Shown: positions 1-13,589 of the stretch, piece after piece
Position numbering within the stretch: the first letter of the stretch is position 1
Layout of the letters: each line of letters starts with the position of its first letter
Notes under the pieces: model-generated
Told to the model about the DNA's origin: nothing
What the model saw: only the letters and a program-made list of their open reading frames with translations
Database searches by the model: none
Program-made: the position numbers and the translations under genes
Assembly (NCBI RefSeq): GCF_036321535.1
Contig: NC_087436.1
Coordinates: 58,778,001-58,842,000 of the forward strand
Direction of reading: 5' to 3'
Origin: Camelus dromedarius
Lineage: Eukaryota
Length of the DNA stretch: 64,000 nt

Positions 1-29
1 TCAGATTACTTAATATGTTTTATGATTAT

Positions 30-530
30 GCAGTCAACATGTTTTTGTAAAAATTTTGGAAAATATAAAAAGCCCTTGCTCCAAAATAAATTTTGCTAAA
101 ATTTATTTAGCAAACCTGAGAAACCACTCTTTACAGATTTGAGAACTTCTCTATCACTTACATGCATATTAAGGAGTAGGCATTTTATGCTTTTAATAAT
201 TTTTTTTACCTAAAAGTATATCTCAAACATTTTTCATGACATTATTCTTCAGCATGATCTTCTTAATTTATGTATAATGTTTTACAATATATTGTTATAA
301 TTTATTGAACTAGTCCACTAGTTGTGGCTATGAGGTTATTTTCAATCTCTGTTCTTATAAAAAATGCTGAATATAAATAAGCAGATGCTTCTTTCCTTTG
401 TATCAATTCCCAACCCTGAAATTACCAAAAAGAGAATATTTTGTGCTTTGGATGTATGTTTCCAAACTGTCCTCTGGGAATTTGATATCAGTTTACATTT
501 ACATATATGTTTGAACTCTCATTAAATTTC
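30..530 (-). mobile_element. Old L1 (L1ME-like) 3' fragment
   Basis: Degenerate match to the antisense L1 ORF2-end/3'UTR pattern (tttattgaactagtccactagttgtgg...gttattttcaatc...aaatgctg...tttccaaactgtcctc...atcagtttacatt). Recognised by eye; boundaries approximate. Confidence 0.5.
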
Positions 531-559
531 ACACTTAATGGGAATTTTTTTACCAATGG

Positions 560-650
560 GAAAACAACGAATGACACAGACAAATATCTAGGACATCATG
601 GAGCTTACATTCTAGGAAGGAGAAGACAAAATAATCAAGATAAATAAGAT
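560..650 (-). mobile_element. L2 3' fragment
   Basis: catcatggagcttacattctagg matches the antisense L2 3' motif ccctcatggagcttacattctag. Confidence 0.55.
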
Positions 651-675
651 TTATTTATACATACATTATATAATC

Positions 676-900
676 ACTATAGATTGAATTATGTCCACCA
701 CTAAATTCTAGGCTCTAACCACCAATGTGACTGTATTTCGAGAAAGGGCATTTTTTAGGGGGTAATTAAGATTAAATGAAATTATAAGGATAAGAATATA
801 ATCTGATAGGATTGGTGGCCTCTCTTTCTCTTCACCTGCACACACTAAGCAAAGTTCATGGACTGCACAGTGAGAAGCAGGCAGCTGTCTACAGGCCAAG
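676..900 (+). mobile_element. MaLR LTR fragment (MLT1A-like), 3'-truncated
   Basis: gattgaattatgtcc...ctaaccaccaatgtgactgtattt...taattaagattaaatga...atctgataggattggtggcc...cacagtgagaag...gctgtctacaggccaag follows the MLT1A motif order. Confidence 0.75.
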
Positions 901-1949
901 TATATTAGATGACTTGCATAAAAAAGTGGAAGAATGAGGCAAATTCACAGAAGGTGCAAAAAATATTCAAAAAGTAGACCATTTAACCTCAGAAATAGTT
1001 GACTTTGATAGGATATTCTCAGCTTTGCATTGCACGTTTAGCAATTAGGTTCCGTAAGAGTCCCAAGTATCCATTTAAACTTGAGCTAATTTGCCTAGAA
1101 GTCTATTCCTAATAACATATGGTTATGCAGAGAGAGTGTGTGTGTGTATGTGCATGCACACTTAAGTGTTGGTTTGCCTGTATATGTCATGATGCGAACT
1201 TCTGCTTCTGACTATGACAAAATAAGAGTCTATCAGAATCACTGTCCTAAGGACAGCAACTGTAAAAACTAGATTAAAATAATGTTTAAAATTTTTGCTT
1301 ACAGAAATCAGAGCGCAATCAAGGCAGCTGGATCCTAATGGGCACAATTTCTGCAGAGAAGGAAACATATTGAGGTGAGATCGACCTTTCCTTTTGAAGC
1401 ATTTTGCTTATTCTCTACAATAAACATAAATGCCAAACAGAAAACAGCATCCTAGAACCTGCAGCAGTCTCTGAGGGCTTTGTAGGGAAAAATGAGAGCT
1501 CAAGGCTGCCCAAACAACCATGACTTGAAGAGTCAAAATCTTGGGTAAAAGAAAACTATAGAAAAGTCAACATGCTATTTTTCCTGCAGTTTTCCTTTAA
1601 GGCATTTGCTGATTCTTAACTGAATATTCCCATGACAAGTTATTGAGAATCCAAGCAGAATATAGTTAATTAAAGGATAAAAAGTTAAGCAAAGAGTACA
1701 AGAGATTAATTTAGCTGAAGAGACAAAAAAATTGGATCTCAGGACTCACCAAGTAGTAGGAGTCCTGGTAAACAACTCAGACTTTCAGTTGAGATTCTTT
1801 CTTTTGTTATTTCCCTAAAATAAGAGAAATCTAGAAATATGCCAGTACCTACAGAACAAGAGATCTAGCTACATGTAAATCATAGTGATCTGTCCATATC
1901 CTATGCATTATCCAGAAGTAAACTGATCAAAAACCAAAGCAAAAGCACA

Positions 1950-2230
1950 AATTATAAAATAAATCATAGATAAAAAACACATTACATTCAAGGAACAAAT
2001 AATAAAATAATGGCCAAATTTTCATCAAAACTCATGGAAGCCAGACAGCACAATGTCATCTAAGGTGTGAAAAGAACTGGCAAATTGGAATTCTACACTC
2101 ACTGAAAATGAACTTCATAGATGAAGTGAAATAAAGATATTTTCAGAAAAACAAAAAAAGAGGGAACTTATGGTAATAGTCTCTTGCTAAAAGAAATACT
2201 GAACAGTTTTTTTTTCAGGAAAAAGAAAAT
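1950..2230 (+). mobile_element. Old L1 ORF1 C-terminal fragment
   Basis: ttcatcaaaactcatggaagccagacag...gaattctacactcactgaaaatgaacttc...gtgaaataaagatattttcaga resembles the ORF1 end (ETMEARRQW...PRILYPAKLSF.EGEIKTFSDKQ). May extend upstream to about 1200. Confidence 0.6.
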
Positions 2231-2245
2231 AAGATGATTTTGGAT

Positions 2246-3190
2246 TGTAGTAGATTGTAAAAGTGGCCAAACGTGTACCCCTTCCTGTATCCATCTCCTT
2301 GTAAGTTGTCATTGCAGATCCTCCCATCTAGATTGGACTCAGTTGTACCACCAATTGAATCTGTTTGCCAGATTGTTATGGATTGAATTAAGTAACCCTG
2401 CTAAATTCATATATTGAAGTCTAAACCTCCAGTATCTTACAATGTGACCTTATTTTGAGACAGAGTTTTTATATAGGTAGTAAAGTTAAAGTGAGGTCAT
2501 TAGGTTGGGCCCCAATCCAATATAACTGGTTTCCTTAAAAAAAGGGGAAATTTGGACACAGAGACATGTATAGATGGAAGACAATGTAAGAGACAGAGGG
2601 AGAAGATAGCCATTTATAAGCCAAGGAGATAGGCCTAAAACAGATTCTTCACTCAATCCCAGAGAGAGAGCAAACCCTGTCAACATCTTGATTTTGTACT
2701 TCTAGCCTCTAGAACTGTGAGGAAATAAATTTCTGTTGTTTAAGCCAGTCAGTCTGTGGTTCTTTGCTATAGCAACCCTAGCAAACTAAAACACAGATAT
2801 ACTGCTTTGGCCAATAGAAATTGGCAAACATGACACAGAGGCTTGAAAAAGGCTATAAATTGCTCTCTTGCCACTCTTTGGAACTCTGAAACCATCATGT
2901 GAAAAATGACGGGCCAACCTAGTGGAGAATGAAATACCACGTGGGGTGAGGTCCCAACAGAGATAAATCCTAGCCCAGTGAGCCCACCAGCCATCTGACC
3001 TATGAGGCAGGCCATTCGAGATCATCCTGCAGGCAGTTGACCTATAACTGACCACAGAAGCATGAGAGAACCTTGCTGTCAGTAGAACCAGGCCACAATC
3101 GGTGATACACAGAAACTTGAGCCCAATAAAACAATTCTTTTAAGCCAACCACTAAAATTTGAGGTTGTCTGTTTTACACCAGAATCTAAG
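2246..3190 (+). mobile_element. MaLR solo LTR (MLT1G/H-like), interrupted by a younger MLT1B-like LTR
   Basis: Starts tgtagtagattgtaaaagtggcc...cttcctgtatccat, resumes after the insert at tgctttggccaatagaa, and ends with aataaa...ttttaagcc...actaaaatttgaggttgtctgtt. Confidence 0.75.
2374..2793 (+). mobile_element. MaLR solo LTR (MLT1B-like), full length
   Basis: TG...CA termini (tgttatggattgaatt...gcaaccctagcaaactaaaaca), typical MLT1 motifs (aatgtgaccttatt, agaactgtgaggaaataaatttctgttgtttaagcca), and a perfect 5-bp TSD CAGAT at 2369-2373 and 2794-2798. Confidence 0.9.
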
Positions 3191-4018
3191 AGGGGCATAG
3201 AATTAAGATGATCCAGGGAAGGAAAGAGAGCCTTGGAAAACCTAAATACATGAGTAAATACAACTTACTTTTGACTCTCTGAAACAAAACTAATAATTTT
3301 TTGTGTGATTTAAAGTATATGTTGAATAGAGTAAAATGCAAACTTAGCCCAAAGTGACATGATGATAAATAAAGGTAAAGTGTTATAATGTGCTTGCTTT
3401 GTGAAGTCTGCATATTTGTGTTTTTAGGAAGATTTCCCCCATAATAACGTAAATATTTGTTTTCTTACTTTGCTATTTTTTATGTAATTGCAGAGAAAAA
3501 ACATATTTTTTAATACATCTATTTTATGTATTTGTTTTTTCATTTAAAAATTCAACATTTTTTCAGTCACATACAACTTATTTCAGGAAACAATATAAAG
3601 TAAAAATCTATGTTTTTTTTTTCAAAAAACTAACTAATTGCCTTAATATCTTTCAAAATATCCTTTTTAAATGCACCTATTTTTCATATATTAGATTTTA
3701 CATGTAGGAAGAATGTCATTTAAAAATATTCCTTTTATTTCCTACAACAAGTCATTGTGTCCTATTAGTAATACTGCACAATTTCTATTGACTTTTCCAA
3801 TGAACTTTAATTCTCACTTACGTCATTTAGGTGTAGCCCCTCAACATTTCATATTTTATATTTTCTAACTGATTTTCCTACTAACATAATAATAAAATGA
3901 AGTATTTTCCCCTTTTTATACTGACTCTTGGCTTGAAAACTTCATCCTAGATCATTAATTAGGCCTACCCTTCAAAAACTCTTGAAGTGCTTGCTTAAAT
4001 TTTTTTTCATAGCTTATC

Positions 4019-4504
4019 TGTTGGAGACAATTCTTCATGGGTCTATCACATTTCTATATGTCTCCTGAACAGAGGTATTGACAAGTTTTTTTCCAAACTA
4101 TCTTTTCAAGAATATTTATATAGAAAGCAACCTTGAAGGATGAGATTATATCTCCTTCTAGGGCAGAGGTAGATTTGTTTGTTTTCCAGGATAATAAAGA
4201 TAATGTCTCTCTCTGAGGCAAAGTTTGGGCAGGTTGTCTAGCAGCCCTCATTAAAAGATTAGGGTTTCCTAGATTCATGGTTCCTCAGCTGTGACATAAA
4301 CTACCTGTATCCACCTAGGCAGTTCCACATCATATTATTGGGATCTGGGGACAAGCAGAGCCAAAGCAAAGATTTAATTTAAAATGGCTGCTATGTCATG
4401 AGTGAAAATGTCCTTTGTCTCTGACTCGGCAGCCATAAAGCTGTAGCAGGCTAACTTGTTCGCTTGGAAGTAGAGTGTAATTCCAGGCTATATTAATTCT
4501 TACT
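4019..4504 (+). mobile_element. ERVL solo LTR (LTR40-like)
   Basis: Start tgttggagacaattcttcatgggtct...actatcttttcaag...ccttgaaggatgagat and later gcaggctaacttgtt resemble the LTR40 consensus as I recall it. Confidence 0.75.
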
Positions 4505-4663
4505 GTGGTGCTGTAGCTAGGCTGGTTTCCTTAGGTGATTCCACCCAAGTAAGGCTCCTCTTATCTGTGGAATTTGTTTCATAGTTTTCTATAGGCCTTC
4601 TACAGTACATTACAAGTCATACGTTTTCATGGCTACGCGACACTGCAACCATTTTAAAAGTCA

Positions 4664-4860
4664 TTTTTTTTAAATTGAGATATAATTGACATAACATTGT
4701 ATAAATTTAAGATGTACAACATGTTGATTTGATATATTGCAATAGGTTTACCACCGAGCTTTAGTTAACACCTCTATCATGTACCTAATCATTATTTCTT
4801 CTGTGTGTGTGTGGTGAGAACATTTAAGATCTAGTCTCTTAGAAACCTTAAAGTGTATAA
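4664..4860 (-). mobile_element. L1 3' end (L1MA9-like), 5'-truncated
   Basis: T-tract, then aattgagatataattgacataacattgtataaatttaagatgtacaacatgttgatttgat...gtggtgagaacatttaagatcta. Confidence 0.8.
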
Positions 4861-5329
4861 AGAGTGATGAATAGACTCATACTACCTTCTCGAAGTGCCA
4901 ACCACCATTTTAATCTAGGATAACCCAAGGAGGTCTATTAAAAAGACTGATTTTAAAGATAATTGTCATGGGTCTATCTGGCCTGAGATATTCATTGCTT
5001 ATTTCAGCATTATCAACCTTCTGATCCTTTTGCTTTTTATTTTTCTGCTCTGTTATTCTTTACCCTGATGTTACTTTATATATTCCTTAATATTCCCAAA
5101 GATAGCTTGTGTTTATCCTCAAGTGCTTTAAAATCATGGTTTTAGAGGATATACCTCAGTATCATCTTGCTCATATCCTGAGACTACATTTTGGTATTGA
5201 CCATATAGGTGTGTCCTATGCTCTTAGGCACTGCCATCTGTGAAAATAGTTTATACATATAGTTATATATATATTTATATAAAATCCTTAATATAATATT
5301 GAGAGAAGACTTTTCACATATATTTTACC

Positions 5330-5480
5330 ATTTAATTAAGACACCACCAGTACAAGTTTTTATACTCCCTTTTATAATAATGAGGGCAATAAAGGCATAG
5401 AATAACTATGTAATTTGCCAAAGGTATATAGTTATTAAGTGATAACAGCCTTGAACTCAGGACCCCAGACTCCAAATCTC
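5330..5480 (-). mobile_element. MIR
   Basis: Degenerate core tgagggcaataaaggcataga...taatttgccaaaggtatatagttattaagtg...ttgaactcagg. Confidence 0.6.
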
Positions 5481-5919
5481 AGAGTTAAATGTAGTCATGA
5501 CTTCAACTACTTTGTACTAGGCATTATCCTAATGTCTGAGGATACAAAAATGAGTAAAACTAACCCCTTTGTCTTAAGGAGATATTGCTGAGAAAGTGTG
5601 TCCCTAGTCTACATATATCCATTTGTGTCAGTGACAGACTTTCCTTCATAAATCCCTAGTAGGCAGCCTTTTTATTAGAAAGAACCATCTCTGTTGCCTT
5701 CTCTGAATTGTGCAGCTTTTAGGGATGATTCTGGGTGAGTGGTATGTATTTCGTGAGCTGTGGGTGACCAGTCACCAATCTTTGCTCTGGCTCTACACAT
5801 CTCATCCACAGAGTATGTGGCCTTGAGCAAGCTCATAAAATTTCTGAGTCTCACTTTTATTCTTGGTGAAGAACTATGAATAACTACTAGCATAGTAGAT
5901 GATCCCTGAATAGGCAGAG

Positions 5920-6295
5920 ATGTTTCTGCCTCAGGGCCTTGGCTTTAACCTTTCTTGTTAGTTGGCATTCTTTACTTTCAGATCCTCACAAGACCCACTC
6001 CTTCACTTCTTTCACATCTTACCTCAACATGTCCTTGTTGATTCAGTATTCCTTGATCATGCCATTAAAAATAGCTTCTCCTGATACACCTTATCATTCT
6101 AAATCCCTTTACTCTGTTTATTACTAGAAACTGCATTGTATATACTTTACAGGTCAATTTTCTTTTTATGTTTCCTGGAATAAGCAGCATGGGGTCTAGA
6201 ACTTTGCCTAACTTGACTGTTTTGTTTCTCATACCAATGTTTGGCATGTGGTAAGCACTCAGCATAAATTTGTTGAATGAAGGAGTGAATGAGTA
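5920..6295 (+). mobile_element. L2 3' end
   Basis: tgcctcagggccttgg...ccttcacttctttca...tggcatgtggtaagcactcagcataaatttgttgaatgaaggagtgaatga, including the L2 (TGAA)n-like tail. Confidence 0.8.
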
Positions 6296-7314
6296 AGAAA
6301 ATCTTTGTGAAAGCTAAATGAAGTAATATATAGGAGATTGAAAATTATATTATGTTATATATATTATATTGTTATAATCCTTTTATTACAAGTGAAGAAT
6401 AACACAGATGGAAGGATTATAAGAATATGATGAAAGTGTTTCTTGTTCAGTCTCATGTATTATTTCACTTAGTTTTCACAAATATTCATTCACTCAATAA
6501 GTTTATATTAAGTGCTCACTAATTCTTTCCCAGTGATCGACCTCTCATTGCTAGGGTTTCAGTATGCCTATGTGGTCTTTAATTAATGGAATTGTGAAAT
6601 TATACCAGTCAATGATGCCAAATAGAACCAGTGAAAAATACCAAATATCATGCCCGATTTCTCCAGGAAAAGGATGTCAGTACATCTTTCAGTAGCAGTA
6701 GTAATGGAGGTACAAGAAAGAGAGGTTACCCACTGGGAGTAAAGGAGTTGGAACAGAAGTAGCAAGTATTTTGTTTTCTGTAAAAGATGTGTTAAGAGAT
6801 GATGGATTAAATGGTGAAGACCCGGGAACGAAAATTAAAACAGTTTCTCCATTCTCCTTTTGAGATAAAGGTTATGCTATTGGCAAGCTGTAGAAATTAC
6901 AATAAAGGGCCTTGGGATGGTCTGAGAACAAAGCACAAGACTGAGGACCTGGCAAAGGGAGGAGTCTATACTGGCTCCATGTAAATGCACGTGACTGAGG
7001 CTTTGGCACTTTGACAGAGAAAGGTATCTATACCAACCTCACGAGTAGCACAAATTATGTAACATTTTTAAAAAGTAAAAATTTTCATTTTCTAGGTGTG
7101 ATATTTTAAATTATTGCTATCTGTTAAAATACTTCTATAAATTTTTGTTTTGTTTTGAATTCTTGCTAGGGAGTATCTCAGTAATAACTCAGTAAACAGC
7201 AATAGGTACAAAGGCTAGTCCATTCTTTCTCTGGAACTAGGCAAATGTCAGCTACTCAAGTCACCAGCAGCTCTCCCTTCATTAGCAATTTGAGTTTGGA
7301 ACTAGGTTTTGATT

Positions 7315-7465
7315 TAATGATTTTTAAACTTGTTGATGAACATAGACCCTTTTAAGAATTTGATTTTGGCCCAGGAAAATGAACACACATATGTAATTTT
7401 TGGCATATAATTTCATAAGGACTGGAGACCTCCAACACTTATCCATGAACCTAGGGAAGACTCCA
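7315..7465 (-). mobile_element. hAT-Charlie MITE (Charlie4z-like)
   Basis: catagacccttttaagaatttgat...ccaggaaaatgaacacacat...ttttggcatataatttca...atccatgaacctagg matches the recalled consensus. Confidence 0.6.
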
Positions 7466-8859
7466 CAGTTTGGCTTCTTCTGTATGAAAGGTGAAGTCCA
7501 TGCTGCTTAGTTGTTCTTGGGCAGTGAACCACCTACATGTCCTTATCAAGAGGTGATTTATCCCATTTGGTATCATTCTGTAGATCTCTTGAGTTTCTTC
7601 AAAACGGTGACACTTGTACATCCATGAATTGACTTGGATTGCTTCTCTTTCTTCAGCTGTCAGCCCCGAGTTCCAGACAGCTCAGACTCAACAGATTTCC
7701 TATTGCAAACATCTCTGGTCTATGGCACCCCCCCTGCCCTATATCTTTTGATATGACCATGCCTGGGACAGAGAAATCCTTGTTACATCACTTTTTGATT
7801 TGAGGGTCAGTTGTTTGCTCTATTGCTGGGTTTAATTTCTGTTCCTCTGGCAAAATGGTCTAGACCGCTTTCAAGAGATGATGCTAGTAAGCAGAGTGAG
7901 TACTTTTTCTTGAAAGTTGGGTGAAACCTCATACCAGGGGAAGCATGACACCAAAAAATATTTTAAGCTGCTGAATTAGTAGATTATTGTGCAATCTAGC
8001 ACTTGTATATGCATATGTTACCAAGCTGTCTATACGGTTGTGCAGGATGTCTAATGAATAAGGTGAATCCACATGCATGACCATGTATTACAGATTACCC
8101 TGAAGTGTTATCTGTTAAATCATGCAAATTCATTTTGTATGTTCAGCCAGATTTACACATACTAAGGCCAGCATTTTCAAACCTTATATATAACAATTAG
8201 AATGAATATTATATTTAATAAGTGTTTTCTCATTGATTGAAATGCAGTACTATTCAATTAACATAATATTTAGTCTCATTAACCTTTACTTAGTAATAAC
8301 TGCAATAAAACAAGGAGACTTCATTTAATTCCAAAAGATTATTTCAGGTAGTTAAAAAAAACAATTAGCAAAAACAAAACAAAACAAAAAAAACCCCAAA
8401 AACCCCAGTTAGCAAAATTTTGATTATTATATTTGTTTTTCATTTTTCCTTTAGAAACTAAGGTTAATCTTTAGCATATCATATATTTCATATTATCTTG
8501 GATCTACTCATATTATTCATTCAATCGTTTTTAATTTTATGTCCTTTTAAGTGGCATAAAACATGAATTGTGATTTATATTTACTGTGAAAAGTCTCCTG
8601 ACCTTCGTCTATAATATTTACTGAATGAAAACATTTTGACATTATTACTGGAAATGTTTACCTGCTTTTAATTCAATTTACAATAATTAAATTTATTTAG
8701 TCTGCATGAAAGCTACTTATCATGCACAATTGTAGCAAGTATACAGGGAGATAGTACAAAAAATTGTGTTTGAATTCTAACTTGGTCTCTCAACTAATGA
8801 GAACTTTTTTGGTTGTCATTTATAGAAAGTCCACCCCGAACAGACTCAAGTAAAAATAC

Positions 8860-8885
8860 AAAAAAAAAAAAAAAAAAAAAAAAAA
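8860..8885 (+). repeat. Poly(A) tract, A26
   Basis: Directly visible. Confidence 0.95.
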
Positions 8886-9359
8886 GGAGGGGATATTTAT
8901 TAGTGGTCAGACTACCTACTGCTCAATCTAAGAGTTCGAATGCTATAATTAAATATTGGTTCTCTTCCTATAATAACTTAATTTTCATCCCTTGGGCTCA
9001 GTTCTCTCTATTTTTGTTAGACAATAACTAACAGCTTTTGGTTTATTTTTGAGTTCATCAGGATTAGAAAGGACATATTTTTTAGTAGCTCAGATAAAAG
9101 TTAGACTAATTTTTTGGGCTTAGGTCATGAGCTCATGTTTAAACTAAAAGCTTTGGCCTGAAGATTGAAATGTTATGTTTGGCCAAGCGTATTTGAAATA
9201 TCCACTCTCAAAACTGACAATGGTGGGAGTCAATGCTGTCTAAAACCCACAGATCCAGTGAATTGAACCTGGGTAGTCAGTCTCCAGAAGAAAATTGGTT
9301 TAAAGTTATCAAAAGAAAACAGGAAAATTCAGGACTGGCAAAAACAACATATACACATT

Positions 9360-9480
9360 ACAGCCCAATTATTGTCTGTGTGACCTTGGGCAAGTTACTT
9401 AATTCTTTGGGTTTCAGTTTTTCTAACTATCATAAATGTCTGCCTTTCAGAATTTTAATGATCTTTAAGTGAGATAAGTT
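9360..9480 (+). mobile_element. MIR
   Basis: ctgtgtgaccttgggcaagttacttaattctttgggtttcagtttt, the MIR core. Confidence 0.8.
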
Positions 9481-9537
9481 ATATATATACATATATGTAC
9501 ACACACACACACACACATACACATATATATATATATA
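9480..9537. repeat. Compound (TA)n/(CA)n microsatellite
   Basis: Directly visible. Confidence 0.9.
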
Positions 9538-11229
9538 AATTTGGTGTAATGATTAACACACAACGAATTCTTAGCAAATAATTAGGTTTCTCTTTTCATT
9601 CATACCTCCCTACACTGCCTGCTCTCCTACCCAAAGTCAAATGTACAGTGTAGTTACATTCTATCCAAAACATAAATATCTCTTAAATCTGGATAAGCTT
9701 CCTAGCATATCTCTTTCTCTCTCTTTTTCCTTCCTTCTTTCTTTCTTTTCTTCATACTTTCTATAATATCTTCAGTCTTTACATTAATTGATAAGAGCAA
9801 GCAGGATGAATTCCAAGTTTTAACCTCAAAGACTGCATACTTAAAGCAGTCTGAATATAAAGTTTAGTGGTAGTAATTGTGCACTAGCACATTTATCATC
9901 ATCACTATCATTTAAACAACTATAGTATTACTGTTTTCCAAATGAATGATTTCTTATTTTAATATAATATCATTTATACTTATCCTAGGTCAGTTCATGG
10001 TAGTTTACGTTATACTTAGCTTAAAACGTTCACTAAGAAATGACCTAAATTAAATCAGTAATTCTTTCTGTGCCACTGCTGTTAGGTCCAATTACTTGAG
10101 GACAGAATTAATATTAGGGCTAACAATAGTTACTTATATAACATTATATCTTAATGAGGTTGAAGTGTTAGCACTGGCTAGAGTTATGTCAAGAAACTAG
10201 TACACATTAATTGAAAAACTATATTATAATCACTCCCTGAATCAAATAGTCCAGACTCCTTGACAAGGACATAATTCAAAAATGAAGCCTCATGGCATCA
10301 ACTGAGAGCACCTAAATGAATCTTGAACATTTTCACAGATTCATTAATTCTTTAACACAACTATGTGGAAATTAGTTTGAACTTTCAAACAGATTTTAAC
10401 AAAGGATTGTCCATGCCATATGAGGTTAACTATAAAGGGAAAGATAGAAATATACAAAACATAAAAAATTAAGATTATAAGAAAATAATTTTTGTTTGCT
10501 ATAGTTAAGCTGATTTAGTTTTAATTGCATAAAATAATGTGATTTGAATTTCAGCATAGTGTTTACCTATCGAGTTTATTCTTTTTCTGGACATTTTGAA
10601 TGTATATTTTAGCAACTTGTTTCTTTATATTATCTATGTATTTTAGAAGAACAATTTGTTTTTCAATAAAATGAAATCTCATTTGTTAAAATATTGTAAA
10701 ACTGGAAAACCCTGACTTTTTAAAGTCCTGAAATGCTTATCTTTAAGTAAAAATATATCTCAATTTCAAATCAAATACCATGTTGTTATATCTCCTGCCT
10801 TAATTTACTGGAGAATAACCTACCAGTTTATTTTTAAAGATGTTTGCAATCTCAGGTATTTAGAAAAGCAATTCTGAGAGATGATTGTGCTGGCATTTAT
10901 TGATAGTGCTAAAAGAGGAAGTGGGGTATGAAGTGGAAATGTGACTCCTTAGGACTTCCATTAAAAATGCCATTAATTATTCTAAAAAAATTTGTCTGAT
11001 TGCCAGCTTCATCTTTCTTTCTTCCTCTCTCTCTCTCTCTCTCTCAATCTGTTTTTTTCAAGGAACTTCTATTTTGGGAATTTGTACCACCTTATTTAAT
11101 ATCCTATATCTCTTATTTTTCTTATTTCTCTTTATTTTAAAATCCTACATTCTAACGCATTTCCTTGCTTTTGTCTTCCTAGCCTTCTACTAATTAAAAA
11201 AAAAAGCTATTTTGGAAATTTTGCTTTAA

Positions 11230-12625
11230 AATTGCAAAATCGTAATAGCCAAGTCAATCTTGAAGAACAAATCTGATGTATAGTAATAGTATCAGATATT
11301 AATCCCTATTATAAAGCTACAGTAATGAATATTGTGTGATAACAGCACAAGAGTAGACGAATAAATCAGAAATGAGGGATTGAAAAGAAACCCACAAATA
11401 TATGATCATTTGATTTATGACAATATTAGCACTGGAATGTGAAATGTGATTAAAAAAAATTTTCAAAATGTGATTAAAAAAACTGTTGCTGGAAATATTG
11501 AATATTCATGTGAAAAAAATCTTGACTCTGATATTTTGTTGCAAATCAAAATGTGATAAAATTGTTATGTGTTTACTAGAAAACACAAAAATATCTCAAT
11601 GACACTAGGATATGTAAAGATTTTCTAAGAGCACACAAAAAGTACAAATAGGAGAAAATTGGTAAATTGATCAACATTAAAGAAGAGATTTTGTTCCTCC
11701 AAAGACATCACTGAAACAGTAAAAATTCAAGCCACACACTGGGACAAGATATTTGCAATACTCATATCTGACAAGGAACTCATACCATGTATGTTTATAG
11801 ATAAAACAACTACAAATCACTAAGAAAAAGAGAGAGCTCAAAAGGAAAATGGCTAATATCTTGACTAGATACTTTACAAAAGAGGCCATTGAAATGACCA
11901 ATAAACACATTGACTAATGCTAAATTCATTAGCCATTAAGGTGATACAAATTAAAATCCCAGTTTAATACTACTTACACACCCATTAAGATTGCAGAAAT
12001 GAAAAGACTGACACCAAGTGTTGACAAGGATGTGAAGCAACTGCTGGTGAAAATGTAAATTATTAGAATTGTTTTGGAAAGCAAGTTGGCAGTATCTACT
12101 AAAGTTGAACATTTGCACATACTTCGAAGTAGCAAATGTTCTCCCAGGTATAAATGGAACAGAAATGTGTACATGTATAAACTGAAAGGCATGTTCAATG
12201 ATGTCCGTAGCAGCAGTATTCATAATAGTCCCAAACTGAAAACAAGTCGAACATGACTAGAATAAATAAATTGTGGTATATTCATACACTGGATTACTCT
12301 TCAGCAATGAAAGTGAACGAAACAATTACTGAGCAACAAAACATGAAGTAATCACACAAAGTGTTGAGCGAAAGAAGCCAATCATGAGTTTTTACTGTAT
12401 AAATACATGTAAAAAAACATTCGGTAGAAGTAATCAGCACAGTAATTTTGTTTTTTGAGAAGAGAGAGCTAGACTGTAAGGATGGCAGGAGTATCTGTGC
12501 TACTAATAATATTATATCTCTTGATATTTATTTTATCACAAGGATGCATTCACTTTGTTAAAATCATTGAGCTGTACAACTTTTGATTTGAACACTGTTT
12601 TGCATATATATTTCATTTAAAATCG
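11230..12625 (+). mobile_element. Old L1 (L1MC/L1ME-like) ORF2 3' part and 3'UTR
   Basis: aatagccaagtcaatcttgaagaacaa...tattataaagctacagtaat...gatatttgcaatactcatatctgacaagg...ttttggaaagcaagttggcagtatctactaaag...aataaattgtggtatattcatac. Confidence 0.85.
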
Positions 12626-13589
12626 TGTATGAATTCCTAAGATCCTTAAAGTCTTTTTTATTTTTCATATGAGCTTGTTCTTATTTTATAGATATACTCT
12701 CTTCTTGATGCTCTGTCCAGAGTGTAATTTTAAGATATTTAAACTCCCTTATGTTCCTAGAATTTTGTTTTCTCTAGATTTTTTTTCTATTTGTTTACTT
12801 TTACCATTTTTCTCCCGTAGACCATATCAGAATATCTGCTGATGAATAGTTTCTATTCATATTCAAAATGAATCAGTGGGCAGAATTACAACGTACTTGC
12901 GCATATGGAAGGCTTCTTGACCTGCAAAGATTGGTTCATAGGGCAAGTGAACAATTAACAAACCACTATGTTGGCATTTCCCAAAAGAACACAATTAGGA
13001 AGGCTTTTTTCTTTGAAACACATTCACATGAAATGCTCTGTTTCTCCTTAGGTAATCCATTGAATTTATTTGGAAAGCAACTATGTTTTTGAGTTTATTC
13101 GTCCAAGATTAATGCTTAGATACTGGACGTTTCCCTCTGCACTTCATAGTGATCATTGGTTGCATGTCTAGGTATGTAGCATGTAGACAAGAGATTCTTG
13201 AATACTGTTGCAGTTAATTCCCCAATTTCAGTCCTATGTCTTATGCTTGCATCCTATCCTGTCCTGCAATCTTTCCAGAGTTCTTGTTAAGAGAGAGGTT
13301 CTCTATTGAATTATAAACTCCCTATACTCATTCCAGTTTGCAAAACCTTCCTTTTGCTTCTTTAGTCGCTGCACTTCCATCTGTACTCACTTTCCAGAAA
13401 ATACTTGAAATCTTTCGTTCTTTGATCTTTCACTGTTGTGTTTTATACCTTTAATATTCTTTCACTATCATCTTTATTGTGTCTTTAGAAGGAGGATATA
13501 AATGTATAGATTTAATTTATAAGCTTGAATCGTAGGCATTTAAGTATGTTTAAACACATGCATGTGTATATGCACGTATGTGTGTGTTA

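Noticed and set aside
8813..9031. ORF with a poly-Lys run resembling an NLS
   Set aside because: Translation of the A26 tract.
11441..11483. Short tandem duplications (also 45537-45561 and 52497-52523) and 12-bp palindromes (28565-28576, 44433-44444)
   Set aside because: Two-copy slippage products or chance palindromes, with no array or spacer structure.
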